Shown piece after piece: positions 36,878 through 50,208 of a DNA stretch of 64,000 nt; position 1 is the first letter of the stretch; every line of letters begins with the position of its first letter. The stretch comes from Dudresnaya verticillata (taxonomy: Eukaryota). The translations under genes and the position numbers were made by a program. The stretch spans positions 1,860,001-1,924,000 of the forward strand of contig OZ374560.1 of NCBI GenBank assembly GCA_977862235.1, read 5' to 3'. The notes beneath the pieces are model-generated. The model was given only the letters and a program-made list of their open reading frames with translations. It was not told where the DNA came from and made no database searches.

Positions 36878-39800
36878 TTTGAACACTTCTAACAAGTAGG
36901 GAGAACGTTTGAAAATGTTGCTATCCGGAATTTGTAGGCTGAGTTCGAAGGAGCTCTACAATATCCCTATATATAGTGCTTTCTCGAAAATAATCCTTCC
37001 GGGTAGAAAAACATTCTTAGGCAGTACTTCTGCCTGGGCATTTGAATTAATATTTGCTAATGGGGCGTGAGTGATGACACAAATACAAGGAAATAATTGT
37101 CAATAACACAACTACACGTTTAGATCACACGCTTCCATTAATTACACAGGGCCGATGTGAGAAGGGGATCCTCTACAAAAGAAGAGGACAGCGTTGCTCA
37201 GGGGGATTTGCATGTTCGAAAGCTTGTCTTTTTATAGATCAGGCAATTGTAAATGAAGCTCCAATTCTCACTAACAGCTTGAATAGAAGTAAACCGGAGA
37301 CTGATCAGAGAGTTCCAGAAGGAAGTTTACAATGCAGAATTGTTTGAGATAGTAAGACGTTCAATGCAGAGTACTATAAACGAAAGGATCAGCTGCTTTT
37401 GCACGGTAAGAAATGTCTCAACATCTTCTTTACCGTGTTTAGCTCGCGTTTTAGCTCGCATCCTTTTCCGCAAGGAAGTATGGGGGATTTGGAGGGAAAG
37501 ATTGATAGGCAAGGACGCTGCTTTCTAACAGTTTTACTTTACATGTCAGAGAATGGCAAAGTTATACCATGTAATGTAATCATGTTATGCAAGATGCCTA
37601 TTCTACGACATTGCCATTTCAACTCAAGATGCCCTGTTGCCCTGCTGTAGAGACAACTCGCCTTCGTTTTACTTTTGGAAATCGCCGCAGGGAAAAATTC
37701 CTCTCCTTCGCAAAAGCCATGGCTGAATAGAGCCTGAGCTTCTCAGAGCCTGTTCCATAGGTTATTTTCATGCTTTCCACCGTATTTGCAGCCATCGACG
37801 AGGACAAAGACTCCCAGGACACGCTTGGTGGCTTTTCAGATTAATGAAAGGATGGGACAGCTCCTGTTTTCAACTATCGTTCGTTCGGTAACAATTGCCA
37901 ATAAATGATCCAACAATTACCAGCATGAAAACTGTGTGATGTTCGGACTTCAATTGATGTAGTGCTGGAATCAACAGGGGCTTTGATGAGGGGGAACGAA
38001 ACTTTAGAGTTATTCTGAACTCGAAAACAAATCGTCTCAGAGCAGCGTAGGGAGAACCAGGGCACATAGGCAGAAGGGGAATGTTCGCCAGAGATAACAT
38101 GCACCATAAAGAATTGCAGGACAAAAGGTGACTAGACTGACGAAAGGGAGAGCTTTGCAGATACTCGGACCGTATTTTTCATGACAGCAAGACGGGTAAC
38201 AATGCGTTGAATACAGGCGTCAAATCTAGAGCCCATGCGAAACGATGCGTGGCGGAATAATAATAGCGCACCTGTGTCATGAAGCAGGCGGACAAACTTA
38301 GTTTTGGTGGTACGTAGTAAACGTTCACTCGACCGTCAAAATGACATCGAGTCATTAAACGCTGTGATCATTCTGGCACTGTACTATTGGTGAGCTACTT
38401 TGGGTGTAAAATTCAAAGCAGCGACCATGTTTCAGACAATGAGATAGAACAGAAGGGCGGTTGAATGAGAAGAATAGCTTCCGAGAGAAATGATCAAGAA
38501 GTGCATGGAGTTCGATTTTACGTTGGATCTTGTGGCTGTCTGGAGCACAAATTAGGAATTCACAACAGACAAGGCTTGAGTCAAGTTTACGGAAGGGTAT
38601 AAAGAAAAAAACCAGCTCATACGCTGTTGGGTTGGTACGTTTTCAAACGGAGAGTACCAAAACATAGAAATGGAGATGAGATGTCTAATTATGTTGTAGA
38701 CTAGGTGGCGTGCAGATAGCTGACAGCCTTCAGCCATTGGGGTTTCACTGGAGTACGATCCTCGGCTATCATAGGAGATGAGATGGGAAGCAAACAACAA
38801 GACCATAAATGAAAACAAATTCTTGGGAAGCTAGAAACGTTTCCTTATTCCATTTGTCTCCCATCCTCATTTCGTTCTTCGTTCCGAAGAAGCCACCGTG
38901 AAGTTTCGGGTACAACAAGGGCCAGTCCAAAACCAACTTTTACAGGGGGCTGAATTTGTTTGAGGAGTAGGAACCGAATGCATAACACTACTTCAAGAGC
39001 CCTCTAGCTATTCTGGATGAAAGTGTATGTTCAGTGACAGTGCTGTCAAACATTGAGTAGTATTTTAAATGTTCCTGAACATGGGTTAGGAGGGGCAGGA
39101 CGCTTGCATGGAATGGTGCACATAGAGCCCTAAACAACTCTGAGAAAAAGGATATGTTCTCGTTGGTTGGGATTTCTTCGTTGAGGATGGAGCAGGTCTC
39201 GCCCTGGTTCATAGATACTGTCTGCTCCACTTCGTTTGATGCGGAGAATTTAGAACGTCCTAGGAATTAAGGAAATTAGAAAGCTCTAAGAGCATTACAA
39301 TAATGCACATGCGCAAAGTACAGAAAGAAGCAGACAACGTGTATTGAAGTTCGAGAATAGCCCATGGTGTCTTTGACACATGGATAACCGACGCAATCCG
39401 GAGTTCTCTGAGCTCGTGCGAAGCCGGTACCCTGTTGAAGCTTTGGATACTGATCCTTTCCGACACAACCCTGGCTGGATAAACAGGGAGCTATCCACTG
39501 GGCAACGAAATTAAATGACAAGGAGTGTAAAGAACATGGCGCGGAGAAGCCGCCACAATAATCGGGACATTGCGGACAGAAGCGAGGCGAGGATCTGTTT
39601 AGCGATTGAGTCCTGCCAGCTTGATCTCAAACTTCGGGACCTATCTTCCGGACACGATTGTGCGCGAGGGCTTTTGGGACTAACTGTGCATTGCCATCTT
39701 TTCCAAGTTGCCTCCCCCGCATCTCTCGTGGATGGGCGGTGATGAGTTTCGTGTGATAACGTCTACTCAACAAAGTTTAGAGTGCACTTGCCTCGGCGGC

Positions 39801-39975
39801 AACGGTATATTGGCAAGCACACCACGTACCTAGACTAGAACTGGACCTATCGATCTGTGGTTGGGTCGTCGGAGGATGTATGTAGTATGTTGGAGGCCAG
39901 TGCGACGGATTTGTTCACTTGTTTCGCTTACGCGTGCGAGGGAGGTGGGAGTTGGGTTTGGGTGAGCCAGCAGGC

Positions 39976-41340
39976 TCAAGATGGGTCGTAGGCGGTGGAC
40001 GCGGCGGGTGGCTGCGAGGTTGGGGGAGGGATATGGACCGTCCCTAAGTGCCATTGTATGGCGAGAATTCGATGTGCGGCGCATTGCAGCTGCATGGCCG
40101 GTACAAAGAGCGTTGAGGTGTAGACAGGGGCCGGCCGTGTCCCAGCAAGTATGCGGGTCCAGGCTGCAATTTGAGCGCGGTGATGTTGGGGTGGCGTTTG
40201 TGCGGAGAGGATCGTACTCCGCAGGCCAGCAATTCCCGAGATCTTGGCGGCGTGGAGGACTGATGGCGCAGCCCTGGAAACTTTCGCATTAGTGGAATAG
40301 GAGAGTTGTCGGAGCCGGCATGCTAGGGAGTGTTGGAGCTGTCGACGTCGGTAGGGGGAATCTGGGATTCTAAAAAGTGCTTTGAAAGCAGGCTTTCTGA
40401 GCCTGTTCGGGGCATGTGCTGCTTCCGCGGACCGATTGAGATGCGGAGGAAGAGAGCTTGGGACGCTGTCCATGCTTGACTCAACTTTTGGGGGTGAGTG
40501 GGGTCAAATCCAGAGCGTACTTGATAATGGGACTGACAAACGTGCGGTAAATGAAGCCAGCGGAACTCGGAGGCATTCGAGGAGAGATGTGTCCGGCGCT
40601 GGCCAGCGTACCAACAGTTCTTTTTGCGGTCTGAATCCGGCTGAGCATGGACTGGGGTCCAATTCTATCGCGAGTTAACTCGGTACCGTAGGAGCAGCCT
40701 TGATGTATGTTCCAGCGATGCGGAACCGCGAGGAAGAGGGGCGCAGACGCTTCGCTTCGCTGAGCTTCGTGTGGCCATTACAGCTCGACGTTACAATTTC
40801 TCATTACGTAGACTGCGTATGTAGACCGTACCAGGGACCGGGTTAAATCCCTACGTGCATTTGAAAGGAGGCCCGGAGTAGAAGAGCTTGTTTGCTGCAT
40901 AGACAGCGTCCAGCAATACTTCACTGCTGTTGTGTTGACTCCGCAACAAGAGGTCAGTGGGTTTCACAAAAGAGGTGCATGTCTTGCAAAGGAGAGATCA
41001 TATGAGCAAATTCTGGAAAATGCCTGCCGGGCAGTAACACCGCTGCAACACCTCTCGTCCGCAAATCTTGCTGCCCTGCCTTTCGCACTCTTCACAACCA
41101 CACATTTCCCGCGGGCTTCTTCCGTGCCGCGGTGGAACACGGGGAAGGGACTCCTGGACATCGTGATGTGACACCGTCCGGGGCGGTGACATTGCCGCAG
41201 ACATGTCGGTTGTGCGCTTCGGTTGCATCGAAATCTACGCCCGTCACGGCATCATCCACTCGACTCACCTTGATCGCAACTGTATCTAGAGGCGGTGGCT
41301 TTTGCCTTCAAGAGTTTTCTACAGATTCCAAGGTGATACA
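39976..41340 (-). mobile_element. Decayed non-LTR retrotransposon (LINE) reverse-transcriptase remnant
   Basis: FADE at 41054-41065 (YADD-like), then SYGTEL (YLG-like), RIQTAK and IYRTFVSPIIKYAL at about 40510-40690, the LINE thumb pattern. Many frameshifts; boundaries approximate. Confidence 0.6.
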
Positions 41341-43211
41341 GTAGAGTAACAGGTTGACTATGGTAGCAGCGATGATAGAACTTAAATATTTCCAAGCCCC
41401 TGGAATAACAACTAGAGTTGCATTAAACCGTAGGGGTTGTTCACACGGTGTTTGAGCGACGATACTCGTACAATAGAATAGCGGAAAAGGGGAGGTGTGC
41501 AAGGAAAATTGAAGTTTTTGTGAGACCCGTGTATTCGAGTCACGAGTGGAATACCTTTCGAGTCTGGTAGTGGTGTGGGTAGTATACGGTTGTCATGATA
41601 GTATATGAGGCTGTGCTGTTCTTGTTGTTGTTTCAACTATGTCCTGAATGAACTGGGAGACTGCGTTACACGTGTGTCCTCGGAGAGATGGAGGTGTACA
41701 ATGCTTCGTGGAACTCGGTCCTTCAAAGAAACGTATTGACTGTGCCAATGAACCTATTGATGATTGGAGGGGACGCCTGCGAGTCTGGTGAATGGCAAGG
41801 CATCGAGCAGAGGGAAGAGAAAGCTTTAACATGTTAGCATCAATGCGGAAGGTTTATCTGCGAGAGGTACTGAGAGAGTTTTCTCTAGCGGTCCGCTTTG
41901 TGAGTCATCTCCTTTGCTATTGAAACGTTGCCTATCAATTGACGTCGTATCCAAGTCCCATTTTCTGATTTAGTTCCTGGGACCTGAGCCCCTCCCCCCA
42001 CTCTGGTAAAGGTCCCCTGTCTCTGATAGGGAGTGAGAATCCGCGACGGGGAGTCCCAGCCACGTGATCATGCTGCCAAGGGGCGAGCGCGGAATATGCA
42101 GAAATCCTGACAATCCTCAACCAGGTCCAGTACGGCGGGGTGGAGGAAATAATCAGTCCCGGTGGCTTGAGAGAGACATATTCCCTTTTGTGACCGCCGC
42201 AAGTTTAGAGGCTTTTCAGTTTGGGTCCCTTCATTATCACAACAGAGAGGACGGAACCGTTACGTGAGAATACTGGGGACGTTAAGTCTCACAACAGCAG
42301 ACACTAAACGCAATCTTTGGGACCGTACACGTCCACTCTTGGTGGATGAACGATGCACAAATACCGAATGCGTGTACTTGCCTTAATAATAGTGAGGGGA
42401 AAGCTTGACGTAAGTGCGAAGATTGCTTCGTCGTTGAGTACCTTCGTATAGATTCCTGTACATAGACTGCAGCACAACTTTCATTTCTTACTACATATAG
42501 CAGTGAGAAAAAGGTCGTTACCGACGCCACATCAAAGGTAATATGCTAGGACTACCCAAAATGTCATGGGGATGCGAAGGGGAGGTCCCATCTAATCTTA
42601 TTGGATGGAATTGAAGGAATTGTCCATAAGGTTTCGAATGTTGAGGTTGCTCCCCAACATAATCTAATAAGAATTCACACTTTCTCTGTCCTTAACTCTC
42701 TCCGCGTATTACAATAGCACTGTCCGTAGTCTATTCACGTAACTATGCCATGAGTGAAATATTTGTGTGCTGTGATACCTTTCTATCGAGTTTACCGTAA
42801 GACTTCAATCGCGTTTGTGTGCTCTGATCATTCCGAGATAACTACGCAGCGAAGTATCTGTTACAGTCCACCGTTAGTTCTAGGACGGCTCAACAACCAA
42901 TCCCTCAAGCATTTGAAACTAGGTACTGTGTCCCATGAACATACTAGAGAGAGATTACAGCCTGTTTTGAAGCAACTGGACTAACTTAGTCTGGCCACTC
43001 GGAAGCAGCATGCAGATGCATATATCTTAGCGACAGCCTTGGATCATCTTCTCACCAGTCCTAGGGATCTTTGAAGAAGGAGCGTTCATAGACCTAAACG
43101 CAATTATCGTGACAAAAACATAGATACACACCTTAATAATAGCGTTAGCAAGGACTATCTACTGTGAGGTTGTAATATAGCATTCTTTGGTGGCGTTTTG
43201 CTTTAGCATCG

Positions 43212-43756
43212 TATAACGAAGTCAGAACAAGGAGAGCCACTCGCGTACTCGTACGTAGCGTACGCGAGTGGCTCTCTGATTGGTGATTGGAAAAGGGAGA
43301 TAGAATGGGAAAGCAAGGAGGCGAAGTTGGAGGCTAAGTCACCGCGGCTTGTTGGGAGCTCCCCTCCTCTGTGTTCATGCCCGCGGTCTGCACAGGTCGT
43401 AGTCGAACAACCCGCGCTATTTAGTGGACTGCAAGATCGCAGCCCCCATCCTGAATCAGGCAGATCCAGGCTGGCACAGTTGGTCGCGCGCTGCCGCCGC
43501 TGTCGGCCGGCGACGACGGACGGAGCGTCGTATAGCGTAGTACAGTCCTGTACCCAGACAGGGTACCCTGCAGATGTGCATGTGCAACAGAGAGGAGGTA
43601 CCATACACTGTACAGTGTGCAGCGTTGCCTATGCTGGCAGGGTCTGAGTACAGGCAGTACTCTTTCCGACCTTGCTGCGATTGAACCTTTCCGCACTGCC
43701 CCAGGCTCCCTATGCCGGGAGTACTCCCAGGCAGGCTACGCTGCTGGGATGTTGCA
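43212..43756. mobile_element. Solo LTR family G
   Basis: Homologous to 34287-34868; 4-bp TSD ATCG; left terminus mutated TG to TA. Confidence 0.85.
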
Positions 43757-44887
43757 ATCGTTACGAGAATCTTTCCAGGCAATTGCCACTAATCATCATC
43801 ATCATAATCTACTAATAGCCTCCATAATACCACCATACAACACATCAAACAGCCCACCCTTCGATCGAAAACGTAACTATCAATAATAGTGATGTTAAAG
43901 CTTGCAGGACCGTAGCGGTTATCGGCCGTCGCCTGCAACCACAACTGCACCTCTGGAAAATGTCTTTTGTCTGCTGACCTTTTCTAATGCTGGGGGAGGC
44001 CAGACAATGCCGGCTTTCGACAGGTCCGAGAGACAGATCAGAGCCAGCAGATATCTGGAGCTGATTGGAACCAAATGTTTGGAGAGATGCGTTGCCACGA
44101 AAAGTTCGAGACCTTCTCAGAAACTGAGGGAAAGAACCCTTCTCGGCAGCAATGAAGTTTGCAATACGTCTGATCGTCCAACTCGAAGCCAATACCAATG
44201 CGGCAATATGCTGTACTGTAATATATTCATCCATGCCCATGGGAAATGTGTGGTCTATGCAAAATGGCTCCCTTGTTGGGGCATTCTCAGCAGCAAGACT
44301 CATGCAGGACATTGCAATCTCATTCTCGTAATCTCAAGTTTGGTGTTGCGATGTCGACAGACGTGACAGCGACCACGAGATTTCCATCTGCGATGTTGTT
44401 GTGCGCTTGTGGTTAATAAACTCGACAGATTGTCGACAATGCTCCATCCTGTTCTGTACAATTGTAGTTCCTCTCTGACGACAATGTACGATTCTTTATT
44501 CGAGGATAATGCAACTGCACATTAGTTGCATGAGGGCGTTTTAGGTCAATCCAAACCTGTGAGAGAATTCAAGTTGTGGGATACAGAGCGGGGCCTTGCT
44601 GTCCTAGGGGCGATGTGCAGAGCACCATGTGCACCATGCAATGTTCGCACACATGGCAATGTTTCGCGAAACTAACCATGACACACGTTGTTGGAAATGT
44701 GAAACGCAGTGAGATATGCGGTAGCTACCAAGAGCACCGTAACATTCGATTCAAAAAACAATAAGGCCTCATATGGCAGCTCTCTGTGTTGTGCTTAGCC
44801 TTGCACTTTGTATTGTATGACAATTCACCATAATGGTTCCCATTCTCTTACCAGTTCGTGCAGCGCCTTTCCGGTCAAGCGAGCCTC

Positions 44888-44890
<3 letters not shown>

Positions 44891-44920
<30 letters not shown>
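44891..44920. repeat. (GA)15 microsatellite
   Basis: Read directly; the seed GCCTCTACGAGAGAGAG recurs at about 44940. Confidence 0.95.
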
Positions 44921-44924
<4 letters not shown>

Positions 44925-46626
44925 CTTTATTCAGCGAATGCCTCTACGAGAGAGAGGATTGAAAAACGTGGCAAATCTGAAAGAGCCATTCAACTTGCTC
45001 GGCAACTTCGTTTCCCGATTGGTTACTGCTTTAACAAGCAGCACACCGAAGGAGCACCTTACACTAACATTAAAGAACGACTTCACACCGGACGGATGGC
45101 TCCACACCGGACGGATGACTCCACTATCACATGTTTCACCATCACAGTTAAGACTTTTACAGTCCGTCTCGAGAGTTGTTGATGCAGCCATAGGCGAACC
45201 TAAGATAACCTTGTGCTACGTGTGCACAAACTGCTCCGTATGTATATACATGTATTAGTTGATGGGGCTCGTGCAGTGAATGTCGCTTCTGCAGCCCATA
45301 GCTTCCAAAACTGGCGCGAGGTAGGAGCTAGCTCTTGCTCCTCCCCTCTGTTACAATCAAATGTGGCTGCCGAAAAAGGGGCTTCCCTGTGCCTTCTTCA
45401 TAGTTTTGAGGGTCAAGTTGTTTCACACCGATGCTATCGAGTCGCGAGACTGTTATCTCAGATGAGAATTATCATCCACAGACCTGAACCATGCACAGTG
45501 GCGATGTCATATGTTCTGTTCGTACATGACCACACGTAACTGTTCTTGAGCGAGATGAAGAATGTGAGAAGGAACTTTTACAAAGCTGTGGATAGGATTG
45601 CCCCTCAGCATAGGCCACAATGACTGGGAATTGCGAAACTGTCTCCTGTAGCAGAGTGAAAGTTTTACAGCTCGAACAACTGCTATGCACACGCGGACAA
45701 CATTCAGTCGTGAGTTTTTCTGACATACATTCGTGGCGACTGCGAGGTCGACGACTGTGCTCGTTGCCATGAACAATTAATCGGAGTGCAGTTGCTAAGA
45801 GCTACCTCTCGTGAGAGAAGGAACAATTAGGAGAAGGAAGTGATGCTGAACCTTTTCTGAGCCACAGTTTGAGTCAGTTCGATCTTCAGCAAGCGCTACC
45901 AAATTCATATCATTCCTATAAACCTTTGGAGCTTTACGAAGACTCTGAAGAACTACACAAGTTCTTTTTCGAAGTCCAGCCATGGGCAAGCAAGTGATAC
46001 GGGTCTATTTGGTGTAATACTACGGGGTTTGTTGGCTTCATTGGAACAGAACGCGGAAAGTCCTGCCAACATGCTCCCATTAATCCTACCTCATTAAACG
46101 CTATCTCAGATGGAATGCATACTTTGGAAAACATATTGATAGGATAGGGGCCCCTGAATCTATTTTCTACACCTACATCATGGAACATGAGAAGCACATA
46201 ATGGCTTTCGTCTCCGTAATTATCTGCTGAAGTTGCAAAACCGCAACGCCACAGAAGCTATTCTTCTTCAGCAGAGACAACAATGCTAAATGCGAGTACA
46301 GTGCCTTAGGGAAGAGATGAGAGAGAAGGGTAATGTTTAACCATTGCAGGCATGTCCGAGCTGGAGTTTTGACTGTATCGAGAAACGAGCCTGAGGGATA
46401 TAACATAGCAAAGGGAAGCCTTTTAATACGTTTTATGATTTTCCACTAGAGAGATGCCCTGCACAATGCAGTGCAGGCTGCACTACAGGTTGGAACTGTC
46501 GTTCTTAAGTGACTCAAAAGGGAGTATAAAGTTCCGACCTCTGAAAGGCTGGAGCATCCTTTCGCTCAAGCGATACGAGAGAAGGAACAACATTCCTCCC
46601 AGCGGATAGAAGTCGCTTCCAGAACC

Positions 46627-47199
46627 ATGAGTCGAGTCCTGAACATCATTGCTTTCTTCGTTGCTCTGTGTTTCACTAGGAACAGTGTTACCGGGCTGAC
46701 AAGTGCTGAGTACATCGAACGTCATGGTCTGGACAAGGTGGACATTTTTCAGCGGGGAGGAGAGCCTGTAGACTTGAAGCTTCGTGCTGCCGGGCGTATG
46801 ATGGGAACAACACCATCACCGTCGCCATCGACAGAACCAGTGTGCCCGCCGACGACCCAGACTCTTTCAAATGAGCAAGTGAGGCGGTGCATCCGGAAGG
46901 GCATTAGACCCGGACTCCAAACATCATTCGACGTGACTGTGGATGTCCTGCCTTGCGGGAAGGTGGCCTTTCGGGTGGTTTTCCCATGCAGAGCTGCAGG
47001 GAGGGGGTTTCGGAAGGTGAAATTGGCCAAGGCATGCTTGAAGGCTGGGGCTAGGTCGTGTGATACTCTCAAGTTTAGGGCGAGGGAGTTTTGCGGCATC
47101 GAGCTTGCTGTGAAGTGTAGTAAGCCGAGCTCAATTGTGATCTTGGCTACCGGATGCGTGGCTGGTGGGCCCTGTGGGGAAGTTTGCACCGTTCCATGA
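46627..47199 (+). CDS. Secreted Cys-rich protein with a TPSPSPS linker (paralog of 36443..36877)
   Basis: Signal peptide; shared SFxVTVDVxxCG...FPC...AKxCL...CD...ExCG...KC; TATAAA at 46525-46530. Confidence 0.87.
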   Translation: MSRVLNIIAFFVALCFTRNSVTGLTSAEYIERHGLDKVDIFQRGGEPVDLKLRAAGRMMGTTPSPSPSTEPVCPPTTQTLSNEQVRRCIRKGIRPGLQTSFDVTVDVLPCGKVAFRVVFPCRAAGRGFRKVKLAKACLKAGARSCDTLKFRAREFCGIELAVKCSKPSSIVILATGCVAGGPCGEVCTVP

Positions 47200-48645
47200 C
47201 CGGCGCAGAATGGGGTGGAGATTGACGTGGCTCGGAGTTGGGATAGAATTTGAATTGGGTTTCATACTTTACAGGATCCAACTTTCGCTACTCTAAAGAC
47301 ATAGCAGACCATCCTGGTGATGGTAAACTTTACAGGAAATGATTTAGAGTGCGTCGGCTTCGGCTGCAGAGGCCTTCCTGGTGAGAGTTGTAGGAAGTAT
47401 AGTATGTTGTGGAACAAGTGACTCAGTTGTTTTCTTGTGAAATAGAAGGCAGTAATGGGTGAGATGTGCTTGGAGTAAGATGGTAACGGGTCCCACCATT
47501 GGCAGTGTTTGTATCGGATACAGTGATAAAGGATGAAATGCTACTGTTCTTTCTTGCACTAATGAAGTCTGGACAGAAGACCAGTGCTCTCTCCAATAGG
47601 GCATTGCCTCTCTACGGAGAAAAGTTGAGCACAAGGAATGGGAGATTTCCACGTGCACTCGCAAGACCACCTTAAACAATCATTAATGCCAAACATCACA
47701 TGCTGCTACCGCAATTGGTACAGTAGCACGTTGCACCAGGTGATACCATAGCTGTACTGAGAGCGACAGCAAGAAAACCTGAGTTGGCAGAGAGTGTGTT
47801 TCCAAGATGCTTGGGGGGCATAAGACGGAGTGGATTTTGGCAGGCACAGGTCACGAGAGGAGGGTGCAATAGCGAGGAATGTAGTGTCGCTGTGGCAGGA
47901 TATCGACACGACACAGAATGGGAGTGGCGGCAAAATGTTGTTGGTGTTGCATGGCTGCTGCTCAGCGATGGTTTGTGCAGTGCAGGGGTGTGGAGGAGAC
48001 GGTGGTGCGTGGTACGGAATGTTATTATTGGAGGTACAGTATGATTGGTTTGGGATGAAGGGGGACGGTGACGCGACTTTGAAGCACTACGTCCAGGAAG
48101 AAATCCAGCAGATGAAAGTCGGGTACTTCTTGCACTGTCATGTCTCACTTCGTTTTCTATCAATCCTACGCAATTCACAGCGATCATCTTGCAATCTCTC
48201 TCCTGGTACGAGTAAGGCCCATGGGATTAAGAGAACGGCGGGCGACTCGAGGCAGTTGTGGTGAGGTGAAGCTTTCTCATCGGTAATAATAATGGCAATA
48301 ATCGCACCATTGATGACTTAAGCTTTACTGTTTGCCATTTGCAGGCACATTGGTTACTGGCAGTCTAGCATCGTGATCCACTATTGCGAGACGAGGCCGG
48401 CGGACAGGCGTCCGTGGCAGAGACGGTTATGCGTGGAAGGAATAAAACGGCCCCGGTAAGGAACGACTAGGGTAGTCCGAGTACTTGTGTGCAGCCAGGT
48501 ATACAAGGTACATGGACCCCCGACGACGAAGTTTTGTTCTCTATAGTTTACCCTTCGCCGAAGATGTGGAATAATGTGCCACTAGTTGGAACACTCCCTC
48601 ACAAGCGAAAAAAGAAGGGGGGAGCGGGTGCCCCTGAGATAGAGG

Positions 48646-48652
48646 AAAAAAA
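48646..48652 (-). terminator. Pol III oligo-T terminator of the tRNA
   Basis: T7 run starting 4 nt after the discriminator base. Confidence 0.8.
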
Positions 48653-48655
48653 GAG

Positions 48656-48729
48656 TACCCCCAGCAGGGCTCGAACCTGCGACCCTGGCGTTATTAGCAC
48701 CATGCTCTAACCAACTGAGCTATGGAGGC
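48656..48729 (-). tRNA. tRNA-Ile, anticodon AAT
   Basis: Full cloverleaf GCCTCCA-TA-GCTC...GAGC-A-TGGTG CT AAT AA CGCCA-GGGTC-GCAGG TTCGAGC CCTGC-TGGGGGT-A. Confidence 0.97.
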
Positions 48730-50208
48730 GTTTCGGAACAGTTCTGTTCCTCGATTCGATGCGGAATCGTTCGAATGCACGGGGTATATATTTCTGATTG
48801 TATTTCTGGACCGGTATGGGTCCGCACCGGACCATGCTGCATCCAATAAAAAGCCGCCATCTTCACACTCTTTGGACCGGCTGCCGCGCATATGCGTCTA
48901 GCTCTCGCCCTAGCGCTGCCCCCAACCTTCGCGATAATCCATCCAAGTCTGTCTACTACCCACTCCAGACGTCCCGGGCTCTGTGCTGTATGTCTGGAGT
49001 ATCCTCCACGACCTCATGAACAGACCATACCCCATTCCCCGGCCAGTAATAGAATCAAAGCATGTCCCTGCATATTCGAAGAGGGTACAATCATCTCTAT
49101 AATGGCTATTAAGAGTACCTAGGGCAATCAGTAATATCCAGTAGCTTTGGTCGATTGACTTCTGCAACTATTTGGGCAAATGGAAAAGTAAGGACAGTGA
49201 GAAGGGTGATTTTCTCAGCCGACAGATAGGTACGCCTTCAAAGAGACGGGAAGTTGGCAAAGTTTAGGAGCCTTCAGTCAGGCCGGGGATCAGTCGTGCC
49301 AAAGATGTCTTTCACCATAAGATGGATGGCAGCGGAGTTATGTTCAAATAAATGACGATAGTGGTTCATTGGTTTCTTCGAAAGTGAGGACAACAGGACG
49401 AGAAATGACAGAGGATCGACAGTCCCTGGATAATGACCAGCAATGAAGAGGAATGCCAACCCCTGCTTCGTTACAAGCATGCAAGTACTCGTTTAATCGC
49501 AAGATTGTAATTGGGTTTGCTTGGGATCTGCATTTCTAACTCGACAGTCAATATTCTCCCCCCCTTCTTTGCCGCGACAATGTCACTGAGAAGCGCACAA
49601 ACAATGCATTTAGGCCAAGTTTCAATCCCAGCAGAGATTTACACTCGTTATGGAATACAATCTGGGCGATAGGCAGCCAACAGCAGACCACGGTGCAGAA
49701 TACTTCTGCTCGCAAGGCCAAGTGTCCCCTTTTTCCTAGTCTTACTGGAGGCCTCACCGCAACGACTAGCCGTTTGGGGTTATCCATTAATGCAAGCTGC
49801 ACATGAGCGTTCTGGATATTAAGCCCTGGGAAGAGGCTTAAGGGTTGTTTCATTCTATGCGTGAAGTCTGTTGCTACATCTATCACACTGATACAAGCCC
49901 TACTCATTGGGAAGCGAAAATTGGGCAAAAGAAAGTGGAAAATCAACATTCGAGAGCGACCCGACAAAGTTTGTAGGAATGTTTCAAGAAGACGGAAATT
50001 GAAGTTGCCGGGAATGGCGAAAAAAGGCGCGAGCCAAAAGGCGGGAGCAAGCATAAAGCGCAGTCACCCACCGCTAGAACTAGTCTCGATCGACTCTCTC
50101 CTCCTCTGCGCCCACAGTTATCAGATCTGCTCCCGCCAAGGCCTCAGCCTTGCCCGCTTCCGTTCCCCCGCCCGTCTTCCGGCCCCACTCGGTTTAGATC
50201 CGGCACTC

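Noticed and set aside
37300..39750. Scattered protein-like minus-strand fragments
   Set aside because: Possibly a decayed gene, but no motif or continuous frame to support a call.
41940..42260. RNase MRP/P-like RNA (GGTAAAGGTCCCC resembles conserved region I)
   Set aside because: No convincing conserved region V at the right distance and no P1 helix seen; needs an Infernal search.
49861..50208. N-terminal extension of the helicase ORF
   Set aside because: Starts at GTG and reads like promoter/UTR; the first plausible ATGs are 50209 and 50233.
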